From Candidatus Nitrospira inopinata (lineage in GTDB: Bacteria; Nitrospirota; Nitrospiria; Nitrospirales; Nitrospiraceae), in NCBI RefSeq assembly GCF_001458695.1, contig NZ_LN885086.1:2520001-2552000 (forward strand): a DNA stretch of 32,000 nt, in the 5' to 3' direction. Made by a program: the position numbers and the translations under genes. Below the pieces are notes generated by a model, which saw nothing but the letters and a program-made list of their open reading frames with translations, made no database searches and was not told where the DNA came from. Within the stretch, counting starts at the first letter, position 1; each line of letters opens with the position of its first letter. Of the stretch, positions 16,497 through 26,434 are shown piece by piece.

Positions 16497-17519
16497 GTGA
16501 CGAACGTGAGGCGAACGGCATTGTCTCCGGCCGGCATCATGAATCTCGGCAGCGGATTCATGGCGTCGAAAACGTTGCTGAGCGCGGTCGAGTTGGGTCT
16601 GTTCACCGTGCTGGCGGAGGGACCGCTGACCTGCGAAGCCTTGGCGGCGCGGCTTCAGTTGCATCCGCGCGGCGCGCGCGATTTCTTCGACGCCCTCGTG
16701 GCGCTGAATATGCTCAAACGCGGGGGATCGCGCTATCGCAATACGCCGGAGACGGCGATCTTTCTTGACCGGACCAAACCATCGTACATCGGCGGGCTGT
16801 TGGAGATGGCCAACGCCCGCCTCTACGGATTTTGGGGAGGCTTGACGGAGGCGCTTCGGACCGGGACGCCGCAGAATGAGGTTCGGTCCGGCGGAGATTT
16901 CTACGGTACGCTGTACTCGGACCCGGCCAGGCTGGAAGCCTTTCTCAAGGCCATGACGGCCCTCAGCATCGGATCGGCCCTCGGCATCGCGCGGAAATTT
17001 CCCTGGAAGAAGTACAAGACGTTTGTCGATATCGGCTGCGCCCAAGGCGGCGTGGCGGTTGAGGTGGCGTCGGCTCACAAACACCTGACGGGCGGCGGGA
17101 TGGATCTTCCGGTCGTTCAGCCCATCTTTGAATCTTACGCGCAGGGAAAGGGACTTGCCGCCCGGCTGCGCTTCCATCCTGGAGACTTTTTTAAGGATCC
17201 TTTTCCGAAGACCCACGTCGTCATCATGGGCCACGTCCTTCACAACTGGAGTCTCGACGAGAAACTCATCTTGCTTCGGAAGGCCTATTCGGCCGTTCCT
17301 CCCGGCGGGGCGGTGATCGTTCATGAAGCCCTGATCGATGACGAACGGAGCAAGAACGTGTTCGGTTTGTTGATGAGCCTGAACATGTTGATTGAAACCC
17401 CCGGAGGGTTCGACTTTACCGGCGCGGACTGTCAACGATGGCTGAAGGAAGTCGGATTCGCCCGTAGTCGAGTCATCAAACTTGACGGGCCGAACAGCAT
17501 GGTCGTGGGGTGGAAGTAG
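16497..17519 (+). CDS. Class I SAM-dependent O-methyltransferase (family 2, with N-terminal dimerisation domain)
   Basis: The SAM motif I is [10 protein letters not shown], with downstream GMDLP and GDFF..P...[11 protein letters not shown]. The N-terminus [17 protein letters not shown] is a dimerisation/winged-helix pattern. The start could be GTG 16497, GTG 16506 or ATG 16539. Confidence 0.85.
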   Translation: MTNVRRTALSPAGIMNLGSGFMASKTLLSAVELGLFTVLAEGPLTCEALAARLQLHPRGARDFFDALVALNMLKRGGSRYRNTPETAIFLDRTKPSYIGGLLEMANARLYGFWGGLTEALRTGTPQNEVRSGGDFYGTLYSDPARLEAFLKAMTALSIGSALGIARKFPWKKYKTFVDIGCAQGGVAVEVASAHKHLTGGGMDLPVVQPIFESYAQGKGLAARLRFHPGDFFKDPFPKTHVVIMGHVLHNWSLDEKLILLRKAYSAVPPGGAVIVHEALIDDERSKNVFGLLMSLNMLIETPGGFDFTGADCQRWLKEVGFARSRVIKLDGPNSMVVGWK

Positions 17520-17554
17520 GGGACGAAAGCCATAAACGCCGAGCCGGCGGATCG

Positions 17555-18142
17555 TTATTCCAATGGAGCCTGCATGTTGGGCCTCCAGTTTCTGGTCAGG
17601 TTCTGCGCGCGAGCGATCTGCGCAACCGTCATGGCGCCGGCGAGTCGGTCCCGTCGCTTGGCTCCTTCTTCAAGACCATGAGCGGCCGCCAGATTGTACC
17701 AGTGATACGCTTGTATCAGATCTTTGGGAACGCCGCGCCCCCGCTCGAAAAAGCCGCCGACGATCAACATGGCGTTCGCCTGCCTTGAGTCGGCCGCGAG
17801 GCCGCACCACCGCAACGCTTCTTGGTAGTCTTGAGGCAGGCCCAACCCTCTGTCAGACAGGATGCAAAGGCGATACATGGCGTCCGCATGGTCTTGTTGA
17901 GCGGCCATGCGATACCAGCGGGCTGCTTCTTGATGGTCGCGGGCGAAACGTTCGTACCGCAAGCCGAGACGGTATTGGTCGTCGGCGCTTCCTTCCTCGG
18001 CAAGGGAGCGGGCGTCGTCCAAGCGCGCGACCAGATCATGAACGCCGACGTAGGGGGACTTGGTGGAGTCAACGCACCCTGAGAGAAGAATCAGTGGCAT
18101 CATCATAAGAAATTTCAACGCGGCTGACATAGGCTGCTCCAT
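17555..18142 (-). CDS. Sel1-repeat (TPR-like) lipoprotein
   Basis: The lipobox is LILLSGC. Repeated Sel1-like units are present (A..WYRMAAQQDHADAMYRL, ..ALRWCGLAADSRQANAM.., ..AYHWYNLAAAHGLEEG). Confidence 0.8.
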   Translation of the reverse strand: MEQPMSAALKFLMMMPLILLSGCVDSTKSPYVGVHDLVARLDDARSLAEEGSADDQYRLGLRYERFARDHQEAARWYRMAAQQDHADAMYRLCILSDRGLGLPQDYQEALRWCGLAADSRQANAMLIVGGFFERGRGVPKDLIQAYHWYNLAAAHGLEEGAKRRDRLAGAMTVAQIARAQNLTRNWRPNMQAPLE

Positions 18143-18199
18143 TTTATGGGATGGTGTCGTGTCTTCGAAGCCTGCTCATCGGATTTTCCTCGCTTCAGA

Positions 18200-18652
18200 T
18201 CATCGATACTTCGCAAAACAGATCAAATCAAGGTGATCGTAGTGGTCGGGAAGGAGCGCTTCGGCCCTGTACCCGAGGCTCAGGAAAAAATGAATGTTTC
18301 GCGGTGTACGCAACATGGTGCAGGCATAGAGTTTATGGGCGTCTGTCGCTCTGCGCTCGACTTCGCTCATCAGTTGTTTGCCGAGGCCTCGCCCCTGAGA
18401 GGCGGGATCAACGGACAGCAGCCGGATGACGCATACCCCGCCCACCGTCCAAAAGCGAACCGATCCGACGATCGTTCCCTCCGATTCGGCGACCACAATG
18501 TGCTTGGTTTTCGCGTCTTCTTTGAGACTGTCGATCGTTTCGGTCGTCCATCCGCTGACGTGGTAGAGAGGGGCATATTCTCCAAATGCGGCCCGTTGAA
18601 CCCGTAAGATCGAGGGGAAGTCGTTTTCGGTGGCGGGGCGAACGTGCAACAT
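18200..18652 (-). CDS. GNAT family N-acetyltransferase
   Basis: The acetyl-CoA motif is VDPASQGRGLGKQLM. I place the start at ATG 18652 (MLHVRPATENDF..), which has GGAGG 8 nt upstream. The 74-codon upstream extension in the track is Arg/Pro-rich and has no RBS. Confidence 0.85.
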   Translation of the reverse strand: MLHVRPATENDFPSILRVQRAAFGEYAPLYHVSGWTTETIDSLKEDAKTKHIVVAESEGTIVGSVRFWTVGGVCVIRLLSVDPASQGRGLGKQLMSEVERRATDAHKLYACTMLRTPRNIHFFLSLGYRAEALLPDHYDHLDLICFAKYR

Positions 18653-18834
18653 GAGCGAAACCTCCGGAAGACAACGGTGTGAATCGATTGGCCTGATCAG
18701 CCGGGATGCCGAGAGCTTCGGATGATGGCTCGGCGCCGACGTGTGGGCCATGCCATTCCACGGCGACCGTCGCCGGTCCGTCGCCCGATCGAGCGGGCTT
18801 GGCAAAAACCGCCATTGCGGATGCCAGCGGATCG

Positions 18835-19038
18835 TTATTCGCGAGTTACCTGCGTATCTCCGGGTTGCGACCATTGAGAGCCTGGTTTGTCAAGAAACGT
18901 CAGCAGAGCAATAAGAACAAGCCCGGAAAGCAGCCAGAGAAACCCTGCTTTCCAGTTCTTTTGGGAAAAAGAAAAGAGGCTCATCAGGAGCACCACCCCG
19001 CCGATCAGTCCCGCAATGCCAGTTCCGAACGCGCTCAT
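18835..19038 (-). CDS. Small membrane protein with two predicted TM helices (67 aa)
   Basis: GGAGGAG lies 7 nt upstream of ATG 19038. There are two hydrophobic stretches (GIAGLIGGVVLLMSLF and GFLWLLSGLVLIALLTF). No family is recognised. Confidence 0.55.
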   Translation of the reverse strand: MSAFGTGIAGLIGGVVLLMSLFSFSQKNWKAGFLWLLSGLVLIALLTFLDKPGSQWSQPGDTQVTRE

Positions 19039-19222
19039 TGTCTTGCTCCTCCGACGGCGAGTCTCCGTCCAGAGTTGCGGAGATCATTCCCGTTGTGTCA
19101 CCGCATCATCGTACAGGCTGAAGGCAGTGACATTGTACAGAGAAAGGTCGACAAGGTCATCTTCCAGGTTTTACGGTTTCTTTGCCGGGGAAGATGTCGG
19201 TTGTGAGAGAACGTGGAAGGTA

Positions 19223-19267
19223 CGAGCGGTCGGCGACTCTCGTGGAGAGGGAGTCGCCGACCGCTCG
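19223..19267 (-). terminator. GC-rich hairpin 14 nt downstream of the ComEA-like gene (17-bp perfect stem, no U-tract)
   Basis: CGAGCGGTCGGCGACTC (19223-19239) pairs perfectly with GAGTCGCCGACCGCTCG (19251-19267). Two more pairs can form inside, leaving a 7-nt loop. No T-run follows on either strand, so it is not a canonical intrinsic terminator. Confidence 0.45.
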
Positions 19268-19280
19268 GCGATGACGGCAC

Positions 19281-19667
19281 TCAGTGGTTGCCGGACTTCG
19301 GCACGGCCGGCTGCTCGCGATCGCGATAGAGCGCGCCTTTTGGAGTGGCGACGCTGACTCGGTCGCGAATCTTGTCATAGGTTTTGACCGATACGATTTT
19401 GCGAGCTTTCAAGTCGTCGATGGACGCATAGGGGCGACCGGCCACGATTTTTTGAGCGGTGACGGTTCCGACGCCAGGGAGCGATCGCAAGTCGGCAAGC
19501 GTGGCTGAATTGATGTCAATGAGGTTTGCAATTGGCCGCCGTTCCGTCCCCGGCGCGGCCTCGGACGGTTTGACTTTTGTCGTCGGTTCCGCGCCGACTG
19601 ATGGCGTAACCGTGAAAAGCGAGATCAAGATCATCGGAAGCATGAAGAGACGAGTGGGAGATGTCAT
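19281..19667 (-). CDS. ComEA-like helix-hairpin-helix DNA-binding protein with signal peptide
   Basis: An N-terminal hydrophobic signal is followed by INSATLADLRSLPGVGTVTAQKIVAGRPYASIDDL, a typical ComEA HhH motif. Confidence 0.8.
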   Translation of the reverse strand: MTSPTRLFMLPMILISLFTVTPSVGAEPTTKVKPSEAAPGTERRPIANLIDINSATLADLRSLPGVGTVTAQKIVAGRPYASIDDLKARKIVSVKTYDKIRDRVSVATPKGALYRDREQPAVPKSGNH

Positions 19668-19913
19668 GGTAATCCTCCTGCATCAGGCTAAATAAGTTCT
19701 CGGACTATTGATGAGCCTAATCGATCTGGACCGTGCGCCGCGGCCCAGATCATCCGTTTTTTGCCGGCACGGTGAAATTAGCCAAATCCGTTCCATCGCG
19801 GAAGCAGCGGAAAAACATCATCAATCGGAGGAGGAGCGGCTGGATGACGTATCCAGAACACCCGCATCGTATCGCGAGGGATACAGAGAAAAACAAAGAA
19901 GGATAAGCTCGGC

Positions 19914-21275
19914 TCAGCTAGTCGTCGCTTGGTTCTTGATCGGAGCGGCGCAGGACATTCGTTGCTCGGCCAGCGAGCGCAACGTCTGTCCCTCGAGAGA
20001 TCGGGCCACCGCTTCATCGCGCCGTCGGAGGAGCGCTTCGAGCGGATCGTCGGGAGGCAGGCGCCCGCTTGCTCCGCCTGGATTGCCATCTCGAACGAGA
20101 TCGAGGATTTCTTTGATCGTGATCAACTCGGGGGCTTTGATGAGACCGACGCCCTCCGGTTCCTTCATGAGACCGACCATGTCCGCTTCGATCAACCGTT
20201 CCAATTCTTCGGCCACCAGTTCGTCGGGCAAATTCAGTTTGATCGCCAGATCGGAAAGACGGAGAGGCGAACTCCCCTGAAGATAGCGGCAGGCCAAGGC
20301 CAGCAACAGATTCACCGTGACGCGCTCGCGAAACGCCGGAGTGCCCCGCTGCCAGAGTTGGCGGGAGAGGTACGCGGTCGGATGTTGATGAAAGAATGAG
20401 AACTGGGCGCCGATCAGGATGATCATCCAGCCGGTGTAAAGCCAAAGGAGGAATAAAATCAGCACGGCAAAAGTGGAATAGATCGCGCTGTATTTGGCGG
20501 ACGCGGCGACGAATTTGGCAAACACCTCCCCGGCGACGCCCCACAAAATAGCGGCGGAGACCCCTCCCACCAAGGCGGAGGTCACCCGAACGCGGGTATA
20601 GGGGATAAATTTGTAGAAGAAAGTGAACACTCCGCAAAGCACGAGGAAGGGAACGATCTCGGCGGTCCATAAAAACAGTGAACCGAAGGGCTCTATCTCC
20701 ATGAGCCATCGAACCACGGTATGGCTCTGGAGAGACGCCAGAACGCCGAAGGCCGTGAAGATCAGTACGGGGCCCACCAAGACGACGCTGAGATAATCCG
20801 TGAATTTACGGTTCCAGGGTCGGCCTTGGCGAACCATCCAAATAGCGTTCAGAGCCTGTTCGATCTTATCAACCAGGGAGTAGCTGGTATAAATGAGGCT
20901 TGCCACGCCGACGGTGCCCAATACCCCGATCTTGAGATTATCGACAAACTCGATGATACGACTGGTGATTTCCAGGCTTTTCGGTCCCAGCGGCTCCAAA
21001 GCTTGGGCCAGCACCGGCTCGATTTGATGATGCACCCCGAAGGCTTTCAAGACCGAAAACATGACGGCAAGAAACGGAACCAGCGACAGGAGCGTGGTAA
21101 ACACGAGCCCGGCCGCGCGCGCATCGAGCAAGCGCGGGCGAAACTCCAGTGCCACCGCGGTAATGAGGCGCAGGGCATGCATGATCCCGCGCTGCGGAAA
21201 CGGCAATGCGGAAAGATCCGAATTCCACAGATCATGTTTTGCGAACCGTTCGAAACGTGTCGGACTATTTGCCAT
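19914..21275 (-). CDS. YihY/BrkB family inner-membrane protein with a C-terminal soluble (winged-helix-like) extension
   Basis: The N-terminus ..RLLDARAAGLVFTTLLSLVPFLAVMFSVLKAFG.. is followed by multiple TM segments typical of the YihY/virulence factor BrkB family. 453 aa. Confidence 0.8.
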   Translation of the reverse strand: MANSPTRFERFAKHDLWNSDLSALPFPQRGIMHALRLITAVALEFRPRLLDARAAGLVFTTLLSLVPFLAVMFSVLKAFGVHHQIEPVLAQALEPLGPKSLEITSRIIEFVDNLKIGVLGTVGVASLIYTSYSLVDKIEQALNAIWMVRQGRPWNRKFTDYLSVVLVGPVLIFTAFGVLASLQSHTVVRWLMEIEPFGSLFLWTAEIVPFLVLCGVFTFFYKFIPYTRVRVTSALVGGVSAAILWGVAGEVFAKFVAASAKYSAIYSTFAVLILFLLWLYTGWMIILIGAQFSFFHQHPTAYLSRQLWQRGTPAFRERVTVNLLLALACRYLQGSSPLRLSDLAIKLNLPDELVAEELERLIEADMVGLMKEPEGVGLIKAPELITIKEILDLVRDGNPGGASGRLPPDDPLEALLRRRDEAVARSLEGQTLRSLAEQRMSCAAPIKNQATTS

Positions 21276-21475
21276 GGCGGCCGCTGTTTCCTTTGAGATT
21301 GGATTGGGACACTCGATGAAGGCCTACTCTAACGCGAAGTGAGGCGATTTGTGAATCGAAACGAGAGCCGAAAGCTCAGGAGGAGGAAGGGAGGGCCGGC
21401 TCTTGAACGTTCGCTCTTGAGCTCCCTCCACTTCCTGAGTGACCGGGCTGCGGCGATGAGTATGGCGACGGTTGA

Positions 21476-22231
21476 TTATCGTGCGCCTCGTGGCGCCACG
21501 GAGCGCAATTGCAAATTCAATGGTCTGGGGGGGTAAGCCACGGTAGGCGCGGTCACGGTGACGGTCACGGGCACTGACACGCTCCCGGCTCCCGTCGCGC
21601 TCAGCGTCAAGGTTGCCGTGTAGGTTCCGGCCGCAAGGGAGTCGGTTGCGACGCTTACCGTGATGGTTCCGTTTCCTGTTCCTGACTGTGGCGTGTGTGT
21701 CAGCCATGACGCATTGTCACTGGATGACCAGGTCAGGGTGCCTCCGCCCGCATTGCTGACGCTGAGCGTTTGAGGTGAAGGATTGCCGCTTCCTTGGACG
21801 GCGGTGAAAGACAGGCTGGTCGGGCTCACGCCGATCACCGGCGGTGATGGGGGAGCAGACGGCGGGGTGTACGTGGCGACGTTGCTGTCGTTCGATTCGT
21901 TGTTGTTAAAATCATAGGCCGTCACCACGTAATAGCGAACCGTTGTGGGCGTTCCGATATCGAAACTCGTGACCGTTCCCAAGTTGGCCAGCAGCGACGT
22001 CGTACCGGCGGCTCGACTGCAGGGCAATTGAGTGCATTGATAGACACGATATCCCGCCAGATCGGATTCGGTGTTGGCGTTCCACATCAGCGTGGCTGCG
22101 GGAGAGGCGCTGCTCCAAAGCACGACGGAGCCGACGGCCATTGCGAGGCAACACATGCGCGGCAACTGTCCAAGCCAGACCTGCGGGATAGTTTCAGAAA
22201 AATTTTTGAAATGAAAAGGTGTTGAACGCAT
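21476..22231 (-). CDS. Secreted protein with a fibronectin-III-like domain and an Ig-like/BACON-like domain
   Basis: The signal-like segment is MCCLAMAVGSVVLWSSASPAA. The FN3-like pattern is W.AN.ESDLAGYRVY....TSF..G....YYVVTAYD. Then comes a PPSAPPSPP linker and SPTSLSFTA..G.NPSPQTLSVSN.GGGTLTW..S....WL.....G.G.GTITV. The start (22231 or 22156) is uncertain. Confidence 0.65.
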   Translation of the reverse strand: MRSTPFHFKNFSETIPQVWLGQLPRMCCLAMAVGSVVLWSSASPAATLMWNANTESDLAGYRVYQCTQLPCSRAAGTTSLLANLGTVTSFDIGTPTTVRYYVVTAYDFNNNESNDSNVATYTPPSAPPSPPVIGVSPTSLSFTAVQGSGNPSPQTLSVSNAGGGTLTWSSSDNASWLTHTPQSGTGNGTITVSVATDSLAAGTYTATLTLSATGAGSVSVPVTVTVTAPTVAYPPRPLNLQLRSVAPRGAR

Positions 22232-22502
22232 GGCTCACCATAAGTTGAATTCTGTTTGAATCGCGACGATCGATACCGTTTTGGCTCACCCATGAACGGG
22301 CAAGTCACATGCCGTGCATTCTCTGCCATCTATCGTCATGTGATGCCGTGGAACGGAAAGCATCGAACATTACGGTTTGCGCAATGACGAAAAATGCTGT
22401 AGGGATTTCACGACGGTCCGGCGCCAAAGTTGTGCGGGGTAAAGCAACGGTGGAGAGAAAAAGAAGAACTCGTTCCGATCGCGATCGACGGCCGGAAGCA
22501 GC

Positions 22503-22808
22503 TTAGACCACCTGTTCGCAAGGGAGAATAAAGGCGTGAAGCGGAACGAGGTTGTCGCTCTGTCGCGTCACGTGTTTTTCCCGGAACGCCGTCAATCCAT
22601 CAACCAGGCGGCTGGCGACTTGTTCGGAAACCGCCGCGAAGATCATGCGATTGGCGTCGGCCGAGAGGGAAAATTGAACGGTGGGGCCGGTCATTCCCGT
22701 CCCCGCGACATTATGCAGTTCGGTAAACGCCGTGACACCGTGTTCTTTCAACAGGGCGTGAACGTGGGGCGCCATCACTTCTCGAAAGACGATCAGCAAC
22801 ATTTTCAT
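22503..22808 (-). CDS. Hypothetical small alpha/beta protein (P-II-like pattern)
   Basis: The 101-aa sequence MKMLLIVFREVMAPHVHALLKEHGVTAFTELHNVAGTG.. resembles the beta-alpha-beta start of P-II-like folds. The assignment is weak. Confidence 0.4.
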   Translation of the reverse strand: MKMLLIVFREVMAPHVHALLKEHGVTAFTELHNVAGTGMTGPTVQFSLSADANRMIFAAVSEQVASRLVDGLTAFREKHVTRQSDNLVPLHAFILPCEQVV

Positions 22809-23030
22809 CTGAGCAACTCCTCTAAAAGACCGAAGAAACGTTTGAAATATCTGGCGTCCGTTCCTCTGTTCTTACGGGAGAGCAACCGGAAACACAAGAG
22901 GTTCCAATCGCCATGTTGTCCGATTTTCGTCTTGAACGGACGGAACGGTTGTGATACCAGCGGTTCATCCCCATGATAATGACGCCGACGGATGACGGCT
23001 GCGCTCACGAATGCGCTCTAATGGGTTCTC

Positions 23031-25856
23031 ATGGATAATCGACTGGCAGTTCTGAGAGGTGAGGCGTTCTCGCGACGCAATCAATTTCCGTTGCTTTTGG
23101 GACTCATCGTTCTCACGGGGATTTATCTGCTCCTTCCGCTCGGCGCGTCGTATCTTTTAGCTCGTGAACTGTCCCAGTACGGTTATGAGCGAGTCATCGT
23201 CCAATTAGGCTACCCCGGTATCGAAGGAATTCATGTGCCCGTCGTGTCGCTCCAACAAAACTTGGGCGGAGAGACGCTGCTGATGTCGCTCACCAATGTG
23301 GAAATTCAGTACAGCTTGCCGAAGCTTGTCCGAGGACACGTTGATAGCGTCATTCTTCCCGACGTCGCCGTTCAAGTGCTGACGACGCATCGGCAATCAG
23401 CCGACGAGGCCGGCGACGTGACGGAGTCGGAAGAGGACGCTGACGATGAACTCCCCTGGAGTTTCCTGACCGTCAACGACCTGTTGCGGCGCTTGCCGAT
23501 TCTCCCCTTTGATGAATTGCGCCTGGATCGCGTTTCGATCTTTAGGGAAAAAGCCACGGGTCCTCTTCGCAAAGTGACCATTTCCGGGTCGGTAAGATAT
23601 CGGGAGGGAGAAGTGAACGGTCACTTGTCGTTTCAAGGGCAAAATACCGTTTCCTACGGATTGACCATCTCGGGAAGCTCGGCCAGCACCTGGTCCGCCG
23701 TATTGGTGTCCCAACGGCTCCATACCGTTCCGATCGTTTCTTGGGAGTCGCAGGCCCACTCGAGCGGCGAGCAGATTCAAGTCAAGGGTCGGCTTGATGT
23801 CAACGTCCGCGAGTTCGCGCCATTTATCGCGCTGCTGGTTCCGATCGGTCCTGATTTGGGAAAAGTGACCGGACGGGTCACCGTTTATTGGGTGGGAACG
23901 GCGGCGGCTGATACGGCGCTGACCACGTTGTGGCGTGATCCCAGAACCCGTTTAGAAGGAGGCGTCACCGCTTCCATTACTCTACCGGCCCTCAAGGGGA
24001 TCGCAAGAGATATCGCCGTTGCCTATCAAGGCACGTTTACAGGCAATGCGACGGAGGTGGTATGGACGTTGGCACCGGGAGTTCCGCTTGAGGCGACGAT
24101 CAATAGTCAAACCCTCTTCTTTCATGAGGTGCTGCGGAATATCGTTCCGCGGGGAGATCAGCCCATACGGATCGAGCATTCGCAGCCGCTTCACGGCGCG
24201 GTGTATTGGTCCGAATCACCAGTGCGGACGGTCATGGCCAGCCCCGTGCGCGTCAGGTATGGGCGGACGCCGGAATCACTCGTTGTGGAGGCGGAAGCGT
24301 CCCGTGCCGAATGGAAGGGAGGGGAGCTTTCAACCCTGGAAGGAACGTATCGCGTCTCGGGATCTCTTCCCAGAACCGTTGCCGAAACTCTGTTCGCCCA
24401 TGAAGTCTCGGCCGATATCCAGGGGAGCCTCAGAATCAAACGCGGAAGAGTGCAGGGAACGGTGTCCTCGTCCTCTTCTCTAAAAGTCGGGCAGATCGAA
24501 CGCGAGGCACTGTTCATTCCGAACGCCACGTTTCAGTGGCACGACTCTTTCTCTGTCCAATGTGAGGTGGCTGCGTTTCGATGCAGCGGAGGGCCGGCGA
24601 CCGTCGGAGTTCGGATACCTTCGCTGAGAGTAATGGGACGGGAAGTCCACGTGGCTCAGGGACTCTTGACGTTGCAACTGGCGGAAGTGGCGGGGCGTTC
24701 GTGGCATACGCAAGGGAAATTTTCGCTGCAAGGCGTGTCGCCGAATCTCCTGCCGTGGAAAGTACAACCGACGGACTGGAATGTTCGGTTTCTGGCCAAT
24801 CAAGCGGGAATCAAGGCCGACCTTCACATTGAAACCCCGTTTCAAGACCGCCTTGTGTTTGCGGAAATCGATCAACCGTTGATGACGGGAGAAGGGATGC
24901 TCCACGCCACCATCGGGCCCGTCGATTTCGATGGCACGGAGCATAAACTGGGTAATCTGGTGACAAAGATGCCCTGGCCCCTCGAATTTGTCGAGGGACG
25001 GATGACGTCCACTCTTGACGTCTTATGGGTGGGCGGATGGGGTGATCGGAGAGAAGAGTTTCGAGTGATGTCGGGATCGGGAACGGTCGTGGCGGAGAAG
25101 TTGTCAGGCCGGTATGAAGACTATGTGTTTAAGAACGCCAACACAATGGTGACCATTCGGGCGGGCGGTCCCAACTCAGCCGTCACCGTGGAGCCGGCGC
25201 AAGTTTCCGTCGCGTCCATACGGTCAGGCGTCGAAATAACCAATTGTTCCGCGAGGATCGGAGGCGCATGGAGACTGGCCCATGCATCGCCGACCCTTGA
25301 ATTGTCTAACGTCAGGTGCGAGGCGTTCGGCGGGTCGATCACGAGCGACGGATGGGTTGTGGACCACACCCGTTCTCAGTATCAGATGACCGTCTCCCTT
25401 CATGATCTGGACCTTGCCAAGATTTTGAATATCGAGCCCAATCGGGGCCTTCAGGGTACGGGAACACTGAATGGAACCTTGCCGATCGTGATCAATCCGT
25501 CGGGGATTACGATCAAGGACGGCCTCTTGATTTCGTCGCCGCCCGGGGGAATCATTAGCTACACCGCGTCCGAGGATTCTTTGAAATCATTCGCCGAGAC
25601 GAACGCCGAGCTCCATCTGGTCGCTCAGGCCTTGAGCAATTTTCACTACACGGTGCTCAGGAGCGGAGTGGATTATGCCGAAAACGGAACGCTGCTGCTC
25701 ACCGCGCGATTAGAGGGAAAGAACCCGGATCTCAAGACGGTGCCGCCGATTCACTTTAACCTGACGGTGCAGGAACATATTCCGTCTTTATTGAAAAGTC
25801 TCAGAGTGGTCGAGGAGCTTGAGCGGACCGTGGAAAGGAAGTTCAAACGGCCGTGA
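23031..25856 (+). CDS. ydbH: AsmA-like intermembrane phospholipid transport protein YdbH
   Basis: 941 aa with a single N-terminal TM anchor. The C-terminal DctA-YdbH-type region shows ..GTGTLNGTLPIVI...GITIKDGLL.S.PPGGIISY....LVAQALSNFHYTVL...VDY.ENGTL.L...LEGKNPDL....PIHFNLTVQEHIPSLLKSL. It is followed by ynbE and ydbL homologues, as in the E. coli ydbH-ynbE-ydbL operon. Confidence 0.85.
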   Translation: MDNRLAVLRGEAFSRRNQFPLLLGLIVLTGIYLLLPLGASYLLARELSQYGYERVIVQLGYPGIEGIHVPVVSLQQNLGGETLLMSLTNVEIQYSLPKLVRGHVDSVILPDVAVQVLTTHRQSADEAGDVTESEEDADDELPWSFLTVNDLLRRLPILPFDELRLDRVSIFREKATGPLRKVTISGSVRYREGEVNGHLSFQGQNTVSYGLTISGSSASTWSAVLVSQRLHTVPIVSWESQAHSSGEQIQVKGRLDVNVREFAPFIALLVPIGPDLGKVTGRVTVYWVGTAAADTALTTLWRDPRTRLEGGVTASITLPALKGIARDIAVAYQGTFTGNATEVVWTLAPGVPLEATINSQTLFFHEVLRNIVPRGDQPIRIEHSQPLHGAVYWSESPVRTVMASPVRVRYGRTPESLVVEAEASRAEWKGGELSTLEGTYRVSGSLPRTVAETLFAHEVSADIQGSLRIKRGRVQGTVSSSSSLKVGQIEREALFIPNATFQWHDSFSVQCEVAAFRCSGGPATVGVRIPSLRVMGREVHVAQGLLTLQLAEVAGRSWHTQGKFSLQGVSPNLLPWKVQPTDWNVRFLANQAGIKADLHIETPFQDRLVFAEIDQPLMTGEGMLHATIGPVDFDGTEHKLGNLVTKMPWPLEFVEGRMTSTLDVLWVGGWGDRREEFRVMSGSGTVVAEKLSGRYEDYVFKNANTMVTIRAGGPNSAVTVEPAQVSVASIRSGVEITNCSARIGGAWRLAHASPTLELSNVRCEAFGGSITSDGWVVDHTRSQYQMTVSLHDLDLAKILNIEPNRGLQGTGTLNGTLPIVINPSGITIKDGLLISSPPGGIISYTASEDSLKSFAETNAELHLVAQALSNFHYTVLRSGVDYAENGTLLLTARLEGKNPDLKTVPPIHFNLTVQEHIPSLLKSLRVVEELERTVERKFKRP

Positions 25857-26083
25857 TCGTCAAGAAACGTTCCATATCAAGCGGCGCAGCCCTGGTATTG
25901 ACAAGTCTGTTGATGGCGGGCGGTATCCTCGCGTCAAACGCCGCCTGCACTCCGCGCGTTGAGGTAACGGCGCCGGAGAAACCGATCACCATCAACTTAA
26001 ACGTCAAGATCGACCATGAGGTTCGGGTCAGAGTGGACAGGGAGTTGGACAAAGTGTTGTCGAAAGAGAGCGGTCTCTTTTAG
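25853..26083 (+). CDS. ynbE: YnbE-family small lipoprotein
   Basis: The lipobox region ends in ..ASNAAC. It is followed by TPRVEVTAPEKPITINLNVKIDHEVRVRVD, which closely resembles YnbE. GTG 25853 overlaps the ydbH stop (GTGA). Confidence 0.8.
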   Translation: MIVKKRSISSGAALVLTSLLMAGGILASNAACTPRVEVTAPEKPITINLNVKIDHEVRVRVDRELDKVLSKESGLF

Positions 26084-26098
26084 CGCGGGAGATGCCCC

Positions 26099-26434
26099 AT
26101 GGCCCGATGGATACGGCGGATCGTATCGAGTGTCTTGTTGGGATGCCTGATTTCTTCCGACCCTCTCTTCGCCCTTTCTCTGGAGGAGACAAAGGCAAAG
26201 GGTTTGGTTGGCGAGAAAAGGAACGGATATTTGGGCCTTGTCGATCCCACGAACCGAGAGGCGCGGGAACTGGTGGCGAACATCAATGAGAAAAGACGGC
26301 AAGCCTATCAAGACATTGCTCGTCGTGATGGGACGACCTTAAGCGTCGTTGAATCATTGGCCGGAGAAAAGGCGATCGAAAAAACAGAACCTGGACACTA
26401 CATTGAAGGGCCGAACGGGTGGATCAAAAAATAA
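26099..26434 (+). CDS. ydbL: YdbL (DUF1318) periplasmic protein
   Basis: A signal peptide is followed by LEETKAKGLVGEKRNGYLGLV....REARELVANINEKRRQAYQDIA....TTLSVVE.LAGEKAIEK...G.Y, the DUF1318/YdbL pattern. It is the third gene of the ydbH operon. Confidence 0.8.
   Translation: MARWIRRIVSSVLLGCLISSDPLFALSLEETKAKGLVGEKRNGYLGLVDPTNREARELVANINEKRRQAYQDIARRDGTTLSVVESLAGEKAIEKTEPGHYIEGPNGWIKK

Noticed and set aside
16422-17435. A 337-aa minus-strand ORF opposite the O-methyltransferase
   Set aside because: This is a shadow ORF. The + strand frame has clear SAM-binding and dimerisation motifs, and the minus frame has none.
18653-18874. A 74-codon N-terminal extension of the GNAT acetyltransferase
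   Set aside because: The extension is Arg/Pro/Ser-rich, overlaps the small membrane protein gene region, and has no RBS. ATG 18652 has GGAGG 8 nt upstream and starts the conserved GNAT fold.
21375-21439. A long imperfect inverted repeat (CTCAGGAGGAGGAAGGGAGG...CCTCCACTTCCTGAG) between the FN3-like gene and yihY
   Set aside because: The pairing needs several bulges, and the region is purine/pyrimidine-biased low complexity. It may be a terminator, but support is too weak to annotate.
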